DNA of 64,000 bases from an uncultured Chloroflexia bacterium. Lineage in GTDB: Bacteria; Chloroflexota; Limnocylindria; Limnocylindrales; CSP1-4. The stretch is from assembly GCA_963778815.1 (NCBI GenBank), contig CAVZVS010000002.1:344879-408878 (forward strand), written 5' to 3'. Position 1 is the first letter of the stretch, and every line of letters starts with the position of its first letter. This document shows positions 12,291 to 21,819 of this stretch, piece by piece. A program made the translations under genes and the position numbers. The notes beneath the pieces are model-generated. The model searched no databases. It was given only the letters and a program-made list of their open reading frames with translations, and was not told where the DNA came from.

Positions 12291-13736
12291 GTGTCGCCAT
12301 CACCCGACCCCGGGCATGTCCTGCCGGCGTTGCCCGGTGCTCGGACCGCGACCCTCGTCGATGGGGAGCGGTTCACCGGCAACGCGGTCCGCTTCGCCCG
12401 AGCCCTGCGCCAGGCCGGGCTGACCACGGATCTTGGCGCGGCCATCGACTTCGCCCGGGCGCTCGGGCTGGTCGAGATCGGCGACCGGGAGCAGGTCCGC
12501 TCGGCCGGCTCCGCGCTGTTCGTCCGGCGCCGCGACGACCTCGAGATCTACGACGAGGTCTTCGCTCGCTTCTGGCGGTCCCACCGCCCCAAGCTGACCG
12601 AGGGCGGTCCGGGCGTCGACGCCGTCCCGGTCGACACGGTCCAGTCGGAGGACGAGGAGGCCGGTGGCGAGGTCGAGGCCGAGTCGGGCACCGAGAGCCA
12701 GCTCGCCGAAGCCGAGCGGGACGGCTTCGCCATGCCAGCCGAGGACGACAGCGAGGACGCCGAGGAGGAGATCGACGGCCTGATCATCAGTGAGCAGGCC
12801 TACAGCGCAGGCGCGGTCGACCGGCACCGCCAGTTCGACCGGATGACGGCGGCCGAGTTGCGTGACGCCGAACGGCTGATCGACCTGCTCATCCCGAACC
12901 TCGAGAAGCGCCGGACCCGCCGGAGCGAGCTCCATCGGCACGGTCGGATCGTCGCGCCTCGGGTGATGTTCCGGCGCAGCCTGGCGACCGGTGGCGATGT
13001 CCTCGATTGGGTCTGGCGTCGGCCGGTCCGGCGCCCCCGTGCTCTGGTCGTCATCTGCGACATCTCCGGCTCGATGGAGCGCCACGCCCGGGTCCTCCTC
13101 CGGTTCAGCCAGGCGCTGGCCGCATCGACCGTCCGGACCGAGGCGTTCGTGTTCGGGACGAAGCTCACCCGGGTGACCCGGATGCTCCGCGACCGCGACC
13201 GCGATCGAGGCCTCGACCGGGTCGCCGATACGGTCACCGACTGGTCCGGCGGGACCCGGATCGGCGAGTCGTTCCGCGAGTTCAACCAGGAGTGGGCCCG
13301 CCGGGTCCTGCGCAGCAGCGCGGTCGTGGTCGTCGTGTCGGACGGCTGGGATCGGGGCGACCCGGCCCTCGTCGCACGCGAGACCGCCCGGCTTCAACGG
13401 AGCTGTCATCGGCTCATCTGGCTCAACCCGCTGGCGTCGACGCCGGGTTACCAGCCGCTGGCCGGTGGGATGTCGGCCGCGATGCCCTTCGTCGACGACT
13501 TCGTCCCGGCCGGCACCCTGGCCAGCCTCGAGCGGCTGGGCATCCTCCTCTCGGATGCCCCGACCCGGCGCGAGGCCGCCCGACGTGCCCGTGGGTTCGG
13601 TGGCGAGGGCGCCCGGTCGACCGGGCACGCGCCACGAGTCGAGAGCGTCCGGCCCGACGTCCGCGAAGTCAGTGCGGTTCGGCCGGCGGACGACGGCTCG
13701 GACGGCGCCACGGCGCGGCCCCTCAGTCCGGCGTAG
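12291..13736 (+). CDS. coxE: VWA-domain protein of CO-dehydrogenase maturation (CoxE-like)
   Basis: GTG at 12291 is in the frame of ORF 11577..13736. The N-terminus RFARALRQAGL is present. The MIDAS motif VVICDISGSMERH is intact. Confidence 0.8.
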   Translation: MSPSPDPGHVLPALPGARTATLVDGERFTGNAVRFARALRQAGLTTDLGAAIDFARALGLVEIGDREQVRSAGSALFVRRRDDLEIYDEVFARFWRSHRPKLTEGGPGVDAVPVDTVQSEDEEAGGEVEAESGTESQLAEAERDGFAMPAEDDSEDAEEEIDGLIISEQAYSAGAVDRHRQFDRMTAAELRDAERLIDLLIPNLEKRRTRRSELHRHGRIVAPRVMFRRSLATGGDVLDWVWRRPVRRPRALVVICDISGSMERHARVLLRFSQALAASTVRTEAFVFGTKLTRVTRMLRDRDRDRGLDRVADTVTDWSGGTRIGESFREFNQEWARRVLRSSAVVVVVSDGWDRGDPALVARETARLQRSCHRLIWLNPLASTPGYQPLAGGMSAAMPFVDDFVPAGTLASLERLGILLSDAPTRREAARRARGFGGEGARSTGHAPRVESVRPDVREVSAVRPADDGSDGATARPLSPA

Positions 13737-13759
13737 GCTGTCGAGATGGACCGTCCGCG

Positions 13760-14872
13760 ATGAGAGAGTTGCTGAGGACGCTCGAGGCCTGGCAGGCCGG
13801 TGGCGCGGATGTCGGTCGGGCGGTGGTGGTCCGGACGTTCGGCTCGGCGCCGCGACCCGAGGGCGCCGTCCTGCTGGCGGCCACCGACGGCCGGATCGCC
13901 GGCTCGGTCAGTGGCGGCTGCGTCGAAGGAGCCGCCTACGAGGAGATCGAGCGAGCGCGCCAGGATGGGGTCAGCCGGGTGATCCGCTACGGCATCAGCG
14001 ATGAGCAGGCCTGGGATGTCGGTCTGGCCTGCGGCGGGACGATCGATGTCCTGGTCGAGCCGACCGTCCGCCCGGAGCTGATCGCGGCGGGCGAGGACTC
14101 CGAGCACGGTCGGGCCGTCGTCACCATCCTGCCGATCGACGCCCCGGGGCCCGTCTTCGGACCGCACTCGCCCGGGGCAGGGGAGCCGATGGCAGCGGTC
14201 TTAAGGGTCGCCGACGACGGCAGCCTGGACGGGTCGCTGGGCGATCCGGCGTCCGACGCGGAATTGATCCGGGCCGGCCTGGCGGCGCTCGCCAGCGGGA
14301 CGTCGCGGACCGTGGAGCTGGCCGGCCGTTCGCTCTTCGTCGAGGCGTTCCCCGTCCGTCCCCGGCTGGTGGTCGTCGGCGCGGTCCAGGTCGCCATCCC
14401 CCTGGTCGCCCTAGCCCGCGAGCTCGGCTACGAGACGGTGGTCATCGACGGCCGGGCGGCCTTCGCGACACCGGAGCGCTTCCCGCACGCCGATCGGCTG
14501 ATCGTCGGCTGGCCGGACGAGGTCGCCGACGAGATCGCACTCGGCCCAGCCGACGCGGTCGCCGTCCTGACCCACGATGTGAAATTCGACGAGCCGGCCA
14601 TCGTCGCCGCCCTCCAGCGCGGCTGTCGCTATGTCGGCGCGGTCGGCTCGCGCAAGACCCAGGCCGATCGGCGCGACCGGCTCCTCGCCGCTGGCGTCAC
14701 GGCCGAGCAGCTGGCCGGCCTGCGCGGTCCCATCGGTCTCGATCTCGGTGGACGCGCGCCGGCCGAGACGGCCCTATCGATCATGGCCGAGATCGTGGCC
14801 GACCGACACGGCGGATCGGGTCGTCCGATGTTGGAGCTGGTGGCTCGGAGCGCGAGTGTCGGGGCTGCCTAG
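13760..14872 (+). CDS. coxF: XdhC/CoxI/CoxF-family molybdenum-cofactor insertion chaperone
   Basis: ATG at 13760 (MRELLRTLEAWQAGGADVGRAVVVRTFGSAPRPEGA...GSVSGGCVE) lies in the frame of ORF 13007..14872. The Rossmann-like XdhC_C part is present (LVVVGAVQVAIPLVALAREL). Confidence 0.85.
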   Translation: MRELLRTLEAWQAGGADVGRAVVVRTFGSAPRPEGAVLLAATDGRIAGSVSGGCVEGAAYEEIERARQDGVSRVIRYGISDEQAWDVGLACGGTIDVLVEPTVRPELIAAGEDSEHGRAVVTILPIDAPGPVFGPHSPGAGEPMAAVLRVADDGSLDGSLGDPASDAELIRAGLAALASGTSRTVELAGRSLFVEAFPVRPRLVVVGAVQVAIPLVALARELGYETVVIDGRAAFATPERFPHADRLIVGWPDEVADEIALGPADAVAVLTHDVKFDEPAIVAALQRGCRYVGAVGSRKTQADRRDRLLAAGVTAEQLAGLRGPIGLDLGGRAPAETALSIMAEIVADRHGGSGRPMLELVARSASVGAA

Positions 14873-16289
14873 GGGCAGGTTCGGGGCGATCGTCCTGGCC
14901 GCTGGCCTGGGCAGCCGGTTCGGCGGGGGCAAGGTCCTGGCCGCGCTCGAAGGGCGGCCCATCCTCGATCACGTCCTGAGCGCACTTCGGGTCGCCGGCA
15001 TCGGCCAGACCGTCGTGGTCCTCGGACGGGACGCCGAGCAGGTCGAGACTGCGATCACCTGGGCCGGCGAGCGCCGGACGATCAACCCGAACCCCGAAAC
15101 GGGCCTGTCGAGCTCGCTTCGTCTCGGCCTCGAGGCGATCGAGGACCTCGAGGACGGCGTGGCTTTCGCCGGCGTGTTCGTCGTGCTGGGCGACCAACCG
15201 CTGGTCGATCCGGCGGTGTTCCGGGCGTTGGGGCAGGCGGAGGTCCGCGACGGGATCGGTTTCGTGATCCCGCGCTATCGCTCTGGCGATGGACCCAATC
15301 CCGTCCTCGTGCTCAGCGAAGGTCGGCGCTGGGTGGCCGAGGTGAGCGGCGATCGCGGTCTCGGGCCGATCCTGGCCGCCCACCCGGAGCTCGTCGCCGA
15401 GGTCGAGTTCGGCGGTGGCAACCCGGATGTCGATACCCGGGTCGACCTGCTCGAGCTGGCCTGGGCCGACCGTGTCCGTCGCGACCGGCTCCAGGTCGAT
15501 CGGTTCCGCGAAGTACCCGACGGCGAGGACTTCTATCGACCCGTCACGAGTCTCTTCCGGGCCGATCCGCGGCGGACGGACGAGCCGATCCTCGACGCGC
15601 TCCTCGCCCTGGCCCGACCGGACGACGACTGGCTCGACATCGGTGCAGGCGCCGGGCGCTACGCCCTGCCCCTCGCCCTAAGGGTCCGCCAGGTCGTCGC
15701 CCTTGAGCCGTCCGACGGGATGCGCTCGGCCCTCGAGGAGCTGGCTCGCGAACACGGCATCGCCAACGTCCGGACCATCGCCGAACGCTGGCCCCGGGAG
15801 CCGGAGGAGTCCGGCAGCGGCCCGGCGGCCGACCTCCGGGTCGACGTCGCGATGATCGCCCATCTCGGCTACGACATCGAGGAGATCGGTCCGTTCATCG
15901 ACGCGATGGAGGCGGCCGCCGGCCGGCTGTGCGTCGCGATCCTCATGGAGCGCCAGCCGTCATCGATCGCCGACCCGTTCTGGCCGCCCATTCACGGTGA
16001 GGAGCGGGTCGCATTGCCGGCGTTGCCCGAGTTCCTGGAGCTGCTCGTGGCACGCGAAACGACCCCGAGCGTGCTCCGTTTCCCGCGCCCACCGCGCGCC
16101 ACCGACACCTTCGACGAGCTCCATGGGTTCGTCCGTCGGCAGCTCTGGCTGACCGCCGGTGGGCCTGCCGATCGGCGGCTGGAAGGTCTCGTTCGGGCGG
16201 TCGCCGAGCGGCCCGACGGGCGCTGGTCGCTGCCCCAACCGAGCGTGGACATCGGTCTGGTGAGCTGGTCGCCGACCCACCGGTCGTGA
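14856..16289 (+). CDS. MocA-like molybdenum cofactor cytidylyltransferase fused to a class I SAM-dependent methyltransferase domain
   Basis: GTG at 14856 overlaps the XdhC end by 17 nt. The N-terminal half has FGAIVLAAGLGSRFGGGKVLAALEGRPIL...VLGDQP (MobA-like NTP transferase). The C-terminal half has the SAM motif I WLDIGAGAGRYALPLA...VVALEPSDGM. Confidence 0.7.
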   Translation: MSGLPRGRFGAIVLAAGLGSRFGGGKVLAALEGRPILDHVLSALRVAGIGQTVVVLGRDAEQVETAITWAGERRTINPNPETGLSSSLRLGLEAIEDLEDGVAFAGVFVVLGDQPLVDPAVFRALGQAEVRDGIGFVIPRYRSGDGPNPVLVLSEGRRWVAEVSGDRGLGPILAAHPELVAEVEFGGGNPDVDTRVDLLELAWADRVRRDRLQVDRFREVPDGEDFYRPVTSLFRADPRRTDEPILDALLALARPDDDWLDIGAGAGRYALPLALRVRQVVALEPSDGMRSALEELAREHGIANVRTIAERWPREPEESGSGPAADLRVDVAMIAHLGYDIEEIGPFIDAMEAAAGRLCVAILMERQPSSIADPFWPPIHGEERVALPALPEFLELLVARETTPSVLRFPRPPRATDTFDELHGFVRRQLWLTAGGPADRRLEGLVRAVAERPDGRWSLPQPSVDIGLVSWSPTHRS

Positions 16290-16329
16290 GCCCTCCCGAT
16301 ACATCCGGCCGACCCATGGATACGTATCG

Positions 16330-16358
16330 TTGACGCGTCCACTACGCACGCCTATCCT
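16330..16358 (+). promoter_or_regulatory. sigma-70/SigA-type promoter (TTGACG-17-TATCCT) for the form I cox operon, followed by a ~150-nt leader
   Basis: ttgacgcgtccactacgcacgccTATCCT sits in the only sizeable intergenic gap (16290-16509). coxM then starts at 16510 after GGAGG. Confidence 0.4.
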
Positions 16359-16509
16359 CGGCCTACGACATCCAACGTAGCGTCCGGGTTACCACCGAGT
16401 CGCGATCTCGGTCCGCTCCGGGGCCCCGTCTCGAGTCGTCGACCAGCAGCGTGTTCGCCGCTCCAAGCGGCGAGCGTCAGCGTCCGACTCAGGGCGCGGA
16501 GGAGAACGG

Positions 16510-17385
16510 ATGATCCCTGCTCAGTTCGACTACGTTCGGCCGGCGAGCATGCACGACGCCCTGAGGATCCTGGCCGAGCGCGAGGGCGAGGCCAAAGTGC
16601 TGTCCGGCGGCTACAGCCTGCTGCCGATGATCAAGCTCCGGCTGGCTCAGCCGGCCTTGCTGGTGGACATTCGCGACGTCGACGGGCTCGACGGGATCGT
16701 CGAGACGGACGATGAGTTGCGGATCGGCGGGCGGGCGACCCACCGCCAGATCCTCGAGGACCCGACCGTCCAGGCCGGCTACCCGCTCCTGACCGACGCT
16801 GCCGGCGGCATCGGCGATCCGCAGATCCGCAACTGGGGCACGATCGGTGGGTCGTGCGCCCATGCCGACCCATCGGCGGACTGGCCGGCGGTCCTCCTGG
16901 CGACCCGGGCGACCGTGGTCTGCCGGAGCAGCACCGGCGAACGGTCCATCGCGGCCAAGGACTTCTTCATCGACACCTTCCAGACGGCCATCGAGCCGAC
17001 CGAGCTGCTGACCGAAGTGCGCATCCCACGCTGGCCCAGTGGGACCGGCGGCGCCTATGCCAAGCTCGAGCGGCGAGCGGGCGACTTCTCGACCGTCGGC
17101 GCCGCCGTGATGGTCCAGATCGGGCCGGACGGCCGGATCGCCGATGCCGGGGTCGCCCTGACCGCGGTCTCGGACAGCCCGTTCGCTTCAGCTTCGGCCG
17201 TCGCGGCGCTGGTCGGCGCTGAGCCTTCGGAGACCGCCTACCGCGCGGCCGGAGCGGCCGCCGCAGCCGAGTCGCGACCGGCCAAGGACGGCCACGGGCC
17301 GGTCGACTACAAACGAGCGATGACCGAGGAGATGACGGTCCGGGCGTTGCGCAGCGCGGTCGCCCGTGCGCGCGGACAGCGATAG
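16510..17385 (+). CDS. coxM: form I CO dehydrogenase medium subunit (FAD-binding, CoxM)
   Basis: ATG at 16510 follows GGAGGAG. It begins MIPAQFDYVRPASMHDALRIL and has the FAD-binding PCMH fold motifs GGYSLLPMIKLRL and GTIGGSCAHADP. It is intact at 291 aa. Confidence 0.9.
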   Translation: MIPAQFDYVRPASMHDALRILAEREGEAKVLSGGYSLLPMIKLRLAQPALLVDIRDVDGLDGIVETDDELRIGGRATHRQILEDPTVQAGYPLLTDAAGGIGDPQIRNWGTIGGSCAHADPSADWPAVLLATRATVVCRSSTGERSIAAKDFFIDTFQTAIEPTELLTEVRIPRWPSGTGGAYAKLERRAGDFSTVGAAVMVQIGPDGRIADAGVALTAVSDSPFASASAVAALVGAEPSETAYRAAGAAAAAESRPAKDGHGPVDYKRAMTEEMTVRALRSAVARARGQR

Positions 17386-17394
17386 GAGCGCGTG

Positions 17395-17907
17395 ATGGCC
17401 AGCCACAAGATCGAGCTCAGCGTCAACGGCGAGGCTCGCACGGCGGAAGTCGAGTCGCGCCTCCTCCTGGTCCACCTGCTCCGTGACACCTTCGGTCTGA
17501 CCGGTACCCACGTCGGCTGCGATACCAGCAACTGCGGGGCGTGTACGGTCCTGATCGATGGCGAAAGCGCCAAGTCGTGCACGGTCCTGGCCGTCAGTGC
17601 CGAGGGCCGTGAGGTCAAGACCATCGAGGGGATGGCCGAGGGGGCGACCCTCCACCCGCTCCAGCAGGCGTTCTGGGACCAGCACGGCCTCCAGTGCGGC
17701 TTCTGTACCCCCGGCATGATCATGCAGTCGGCCTGGCTGCTGGAGCACAACCCGGACCCGACCGAGACCGAGATCCGGGCGGGCATCAGCGGCAACCTGT
17801 GCCGCTGCACGGGTTACGTCAACATCGTCAAAGCCATCCAGCAAGCGGCCGGCGAGATGGCCGCTGCCGCCGAGACCCAGACCGGTTCGCCGGTCGCGGC
17901 CGGTTGA
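17395..17907 (+). CDS. coxS: form I CO dehydrogenase small subunit (2Fe-2S, CoxS)
   Basis: It has [18 protein letters not shown] and [10 protein letters not shown]...CRCTGY. AGGAG lies 7 nt upstream of ATG 17395 (track start GTG 17392). Confidence 0.9.
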   Translation: MASHKIELSVNGEARTAEVESRLLLVHLLRDTFGLTGTHVGCDTSNCGACTVLIDGESAKSCTVLAVSAEGREVKTIEGMAEGATLHPLQQAFWDQHGLQCGFCTPGMIMQSAWLLEHNPDPTETEIRAGISGNLCRCTGYVNIVKAIQQAAGEMAAAAETQTGSPVAAG

Positions 17908-17921
17908 GCGGGAGTGACCAG

Positions 17922-20309
17922 ATGACCACAGAAGCGGTGCTCCAGACCACTCCCGAAGTCGGCGGGATGGGCCACTCGGTCAAGCGCAAGGAAGACCCGC
18001 GCTTCATCCGGGGTCAGGGCGAGTACATCGACGACGTCAACCTGCCGGGGCAGCTCTGGCTCGACATCGTCCGGAGTCCCTACGCCCACGCCACGATCAA
18101 GTCGATCGACGCCACCGAGGCGCTCAAGGTCCCAGGCGTCGCCGCCGTCGTCACCGGCAAGGACCTCGAGGGCTACAAGCTCCATTGGATGCCGACCCTG
18201 GCGGGCGACATGCAGATGGTCCTGCCCGTGGACACGGTGATGTACCAGTCGCAGGAGGTCGCGGCGGTCATCGCCACGTCCCGCTACGCCGCCGCCGACG
18301 GGGTCGCCGCGGTCGTCGTCGACTACGAGCCGCTGCCGGTCATCGTCGATCCGTTCAAGGCCCTCGAGCCGGATGCCTTCGTCCTTCGGCCGGACCGCGG
18401 CCCGGACAAGCAGAACAACCACATCTGGCACTGGGAATCGGGTGATCGCGCCGCCGCCGATGCGGCCCTCGCGGCCGCAGACGTGACCGTATCCGAGGAC
18501 ATCTATATCCCACGCATCCACGTCGCCTCGATCGAGACGTGCGGCTGCGTCGCCGACTGGGATCCGGTCCGCCAGCAGCTCACCCTGCACATGACGTCGC
18601 AGGCCCCCCACGCCATCCGGACGGTCCTGGCCCTCGTCGCCGGAGGTGCCGGCCTGCCCATCTACGAGCACAACATCCGGGTCAAGACGCACGACATCGG
18701 CGGTGGCTTCGGAGGCAAGGTGCCGGTCTACCCCGGCTACGTCCTGGCCGTCGCCGCCTCGTTCCTTACCGGCAAGCCGGTCAAGTGGATCGAGGATCGG
18801 TCCGAGAACCTGCAGGCCGATTCGTTCGCCCGGGACTACCACATCCATGCCGAGATGTCGGCGACCAAGGAAGGCAAGATCACCGGTCTCAAGGTCAAGA
18901 CGATCGCCGACCACGGCTACACCGACGCGGCCGCCGATCCGTCCAAGTACCCGGCCGGCCTGTTCAACGTCATCACCGGCTCGTACGACTTCCCGGACGC
19001 GTTCGTCGAGGTCGATGGTGTCTACACGAACAAGCCGCCCGGCGGCGTCGCCTATCGCTGCTCGTTCCGGGTGACCGAGGCGGTCCACGCCATCGAGCGG
19101 ATGGTCGACATCCTGGCCCACGAGATCGGCAAGGATCCTGCTCAGCTCCGGATGGAGAACTTCATCCAGCCCGAGCAGTTCCCCTACAAGACACCGACCG
19201 GCTGGTCGTACGACTCGGGCAACTACCCGGCCGCACTCCAGAAGGCCATGGACATGATCGACTACGCCGGCCTGCGCAAGGAGCAGGCTGAGAAGCGGGC
19301 GAAGGGCGAGCTGATGGGCATCGGCATCAGCAGCTTCACCGAGATCGTCGGCGCCGGACCGTCCCACGACTTCGACATCCTGGGCATCAAGATGTTCGAT
19401 TCGTGCGAGATCCGGGTCCATCCCACGGGCAAGGTGCTGGCCCGGATCGGCGTCCAGTCGCAGGGCCAGGGTCACGAGACGACCTTCGCCCAGATCATCG
19501 CCGAGGAGCTCGGCTTTCCGGTCGCGGACATCAAGATCGAGTACGGCGATACCGACACCGCCCCGTACGGGTTGGGGACCTATGCGTCGCGCTCTACCCC
19601 GGTCGCCGGGGCGGCCACCGCGATGGCCTCACGCAAGATCAAGGACAAGGCCCGCAAGCTGGCGGCCCACTTGCTCGAGGCCAACGAGGACGACCTCGAG
19701 TGGACCAATGGCAAGTTCTCGGTCAAGGGCTCGCCTGAGCAGTCCAAGACGATCCAGGAGCTCGCCTTCGCGGCTTACACCAACCATCCCGAGGGGATGG
19801 AGGCCGGTCTCGAGGCGGTCGACTACTACGACCCACCCAACCTGACCTTCCCGTTCGGCAGCTATATCTGCGTGGTCGACATCGACAAGGGCACCGGTCA
19901 GGTCACCGTCCGGCGCTTCGTGGCGGTCGACGACTGCGGCAACATCATCAACCCGATGATCGTCGACGGCCAGATCCACGGCGGGCTGACGATGGGGTTC
20001 GCTCCGGCCCTGTACGAGGAGATCACCTACGACGAGCTCGGCAACAACCTGGCCGGGACGTTCATGGACTACCTCCTGCCGACCGCGGTCGAGACGCCCG
20101 CCTGGGAGACCGGCAAGACCGTGACCCCGTCACCGCATCATCCGATCGGGGCCAAGGGTGTCGGTGAGTCGGCGACCGTCGGCGCCCCGCCGGCCATCGC
20201 CAATGCCGTCGTCGATGCCCTGTGGCACCTGGGCGTGCGCAACGTCGACATCCCGATGACCCCCCAGAAGATCTGGGCCATCCTGCGCGAGAAGGGGGTG
20301 ACGGCGTAG
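17922..20309 (+). CDS. coxL: form I [MoCu] CO dehydrogenase large subunit (CoxL, AYRCSFR signature)
   Basis: ATG at 17922 (MTTEAVLQTTPEV). It carries the active-site loop GGVAYRCSFRVTE and the Mo-binding GVQSQGQGHETT. It is intact at 795 aa. The track ORF start 17694 is an upstream over-extension that overlaps coxS. Confidence 0.92.
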   Translation: MTTEAVLQTTPEVGGMGHSVKRKEDPRFIRGQGEYIDDVNLPGQLWLDIVRSPYAHATIKSIDATEALKVPGVAAVVTGKDLEGYKLHWMPTLAGDMQMVLPVDTVMYQSQEVAAVIATSRYAAADGVAAVVVDYEPLPVIVDPFKALEPDAFVLRPDRGPDKQNNHIWHWESGDRAAADAALAAADVTVSEDIYIPRIHVASIETCGCVADWDPVRQQLTLHMTSQAPHAIRTVLALVAGGAGLPIYEHNIRVKTHDIGGGFGGKVPVYPGYVLAVAASFLTGKPVKWIEDRSENLQADSFARDYHIHAEMSATKEGKITGLKVKTIADHGYTDAAADPSKYPAGLFNVITGSYDFPDAFVEVDGVYTNKPPGGVAYRCSFRVTEAVHAIERMVDILAHEIGKDPAQLRMENFIQPEQFPYKTPTGWSYDSGNYPAALQKAMDMIDYAGLRKEQAEKRAKGELMGIGISSFTEIVGAGPSHDFDILGIKMFDSCEIRVHPTGKVLARIGVQSQGQGHETTFAQIIAEELGFPVADIKIEYGDTDTAPYGLGTYASRSTPVAGAATAMASRKIKDKARKLAAHLLEANEDDLEWTNGKFSVKGSPEQSKTIQELAFAAYTNHPEGMEAGLEAVDYYDPPNLTFPFGSYICVVDIDKGTGQVTVRRFVAVDDCGNIINPMIVDGQIHGGLTMGFAPALYEEITYDELGNNLAGTFMDYLLPTAVETPAWETGKTVTPSPHHPIGAKGVGESATVGAPPAIANAVVDALWHLGVRNVDIPMTPQKIWAILREKGVTA

Positions 20310-21355
20310 GCGCGAACGGCCAGCTGTCGCTGCTCGAACGAGCGGTCGAGCTCGACCGCTCGGGGCAGCCCTATGCCCTGGCCACCGTCGTCGCCGTCCG
20401 TCGTCCCACCTCGGCTCGACCGGGAGCCCGCGGGCTGATCCATCCCGACGGTTCGATCGAGGGCTTCGTCGGGGGAAGCTGCGCCCGCCCGCTGGTCGTC
20501 CGGGAGGGGCTTCGGGCGCTGGCCGACGGGCAACCCCGCCTCCTTCGGATCAGCAAGGAGTTGTCGTCCGAGAGCCGGCGCGGTGACGGCATCGTCGAGG
20601 AAGTCATGACCTGCCACTCCGGTGGCACCCTGGAGATCTACGTGGAACCGCATCTGCCTGCGCCGGCCCTGTGGATCGCCGGGACGACGCCCATCGCCGC
20701 CGCCCTCGCCGAACTCGGTTCGGGGATGGGCTTCGACGTGACCATGATCGACCCGGTCGCCGACGCCGGTCTCCTGCCCGACGTCGCCCGGGTCGTCGTC
20801 GGGGACGACCTGAGCGTGCTCGACTGGCCGACCGTCGGCCCGTACGTGGTGGTCGCCAGTCAGGGCACCTGGGACGAGGAGGCGGTGGCCTCGGCGCTCC
20901 GCCTCGATGTCGCCTACGTCGGCCTGGTCGCAAGTCCGACGCGGGCAGCAGCCGTCCGGACCTGGCTGCTTGACGAGGGTATCGAGCCGGACCGGGTGTT
21001 CGCCCTGCGCGCCCCGGCCGGGATCGACCTCGGGGCCGAGACGGCCAGCGAGGTGGCCATCTCGATCCTGGCCGAGCTGGTCCAGGTCCGCCGCGGCCGG
21101 GCCGCCTTCGTGGCCGCGCCCGGACCGGCCACCCTCGCCGGATCGACGGCCCCGGCGCAGTCGATCGTCTTCGGCCCGACCGACGATATCGTCCTGCTCG
21201 ACCCGGTCTGCGGGATGACCGTCGATCGCGAGACCGCTCGCCATCTGGCCGAGCACGGTGGGGTCGTCTACGCCTTCTGCTCGATCGCCTGTCGATCGAG
21301 TTTCGTCCGGGAACCGACGGCCTATGTCGGCGCCGGAGCCAAGACGGGCAGCTGA
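20222..21355 (+). CDS. XdhC/CoxI-family Mo-cofactor chaperone with C-terminal YHS (TRASH-like copper-binding) domain
   Basis: It has the XdhC N-terminus LLERAVELDRSGQPYALATVV...GFVGGSCARP and a Rossmann part. The C-terminus has CGMTVDRETARHLAEHGGVVYAFCSIAC (YHS motif). The start is uncertain. The track GTG 20222 overlaps coxL by 88 nt, and no ATG/GTG/TTG exists nearer. CTG at about 20324 would give a canonical XdhC N-terminus. Confidence 0.75.
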   Translation: MAPGRAQRRHPDDPPEDLGHPAREGGDGVGANGQLSLLERAVELDRSGQPYALATVVAVRRPTSARPGARGLIHPDGSIEGFVGGSCARPLVVREGLRALADGQPRLLRISKELSSESRRGDGIVEEVMTCHSGGTLEIYVEPHLPAPALWIAGTTPIAAALAELGSGMGFDVTMIDPVADAGLLPDVARVVVGDDLSVLDWPTVGPYVVVASQGTWDEEAVASALRLDVAYVGLVASPTRAAAVRTWLLDEGIEPDRVFALRAPAGIDLGAETASEVAISILAELVQVRRGRAAFVAAPGPATLAGSTAPAQSIVFGPTDDIVLLDPVCGMTVDRETARHLAEHGGVVYAFCSIACRSSFVREPTAYVGAGAKTGS

Positions 21356-21375
21356 CCGCCCGGTCCGGAGGATCC

Positions 21376-21819
21376 ATGCACTTCGAAGGTACCGAGGAGA
21401 TCGCTGCGCCCCAGGACAAGGTCTGGGCGTTCGTGATCGATCCGACCCAGGTCGGTCAGTGCGGCCCCGGGGTCGAGTCGGTCGAGGCCGTCGACGCCAG
21501 CCACTTCAAGGCGAAGGCCAAGGTCGGCATCGGCTTCATCACCGCCAAGTTCAACGCCGATGGCGAGATGATCGTCATCAGCGCGCCCGAGCACGCCGAG
21601 GTCAAGATCCACGGCCAGGCGCCGGGTACCGCCGCGGATGCGGTCGCGACGATCAAGCTGTCAGCGGGCGCCGCGGCAGGGTCGACGACGATGGACTGGT
21701 CGGCCGAGGTGAACATCTCGGGCACCCTCGCCAGCGTCGGGGCGCGGCTCATCGAGGGCACCGCCAACAAGCTCATCGCCCAGACCTTCGCCTGCATGAA
21801 GACCAAGCTCGAGGCCTGA
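21376..21819 (+). CDS. coxG: CoxG (SRPBCC-fold carbon monoxide dehydrogenase subunit G)
   Basis: ATG at 21376 follows GGAGG. It is 147 aa with MHFEGTEEIAAPQDKVWAFVIDP...GTANKLIAQTFACMKTKLE. Confidence 0.85.
   Translation: MHFEGTEEIAAPQDKVWAFVIDPTQVGQCGPGVESVEAVDASHFKAKAKVGIGFITAKFNADGEMIVISAPEHAEVKIHGQAPGTAADAVATIKLSAGAAAGSTTMDWSAEVNISGTLASVGARLIEGTANKLIAQTFACMKTKLEA

Noticed and set aside
13007-13759. N-terminal 250 codons of ORF-track entry 13007..14872
   Set aside because: This region is occupied by the 3' end of coxE in another frame. The XdhC homology begins at ATG 13760.
17814-19475. 553-aa minus-strand ORF inside coxL
   Set aside because: It is antisense to an intact, motif-rich coxL (AYRCSFR). 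It has no recognisable domain.
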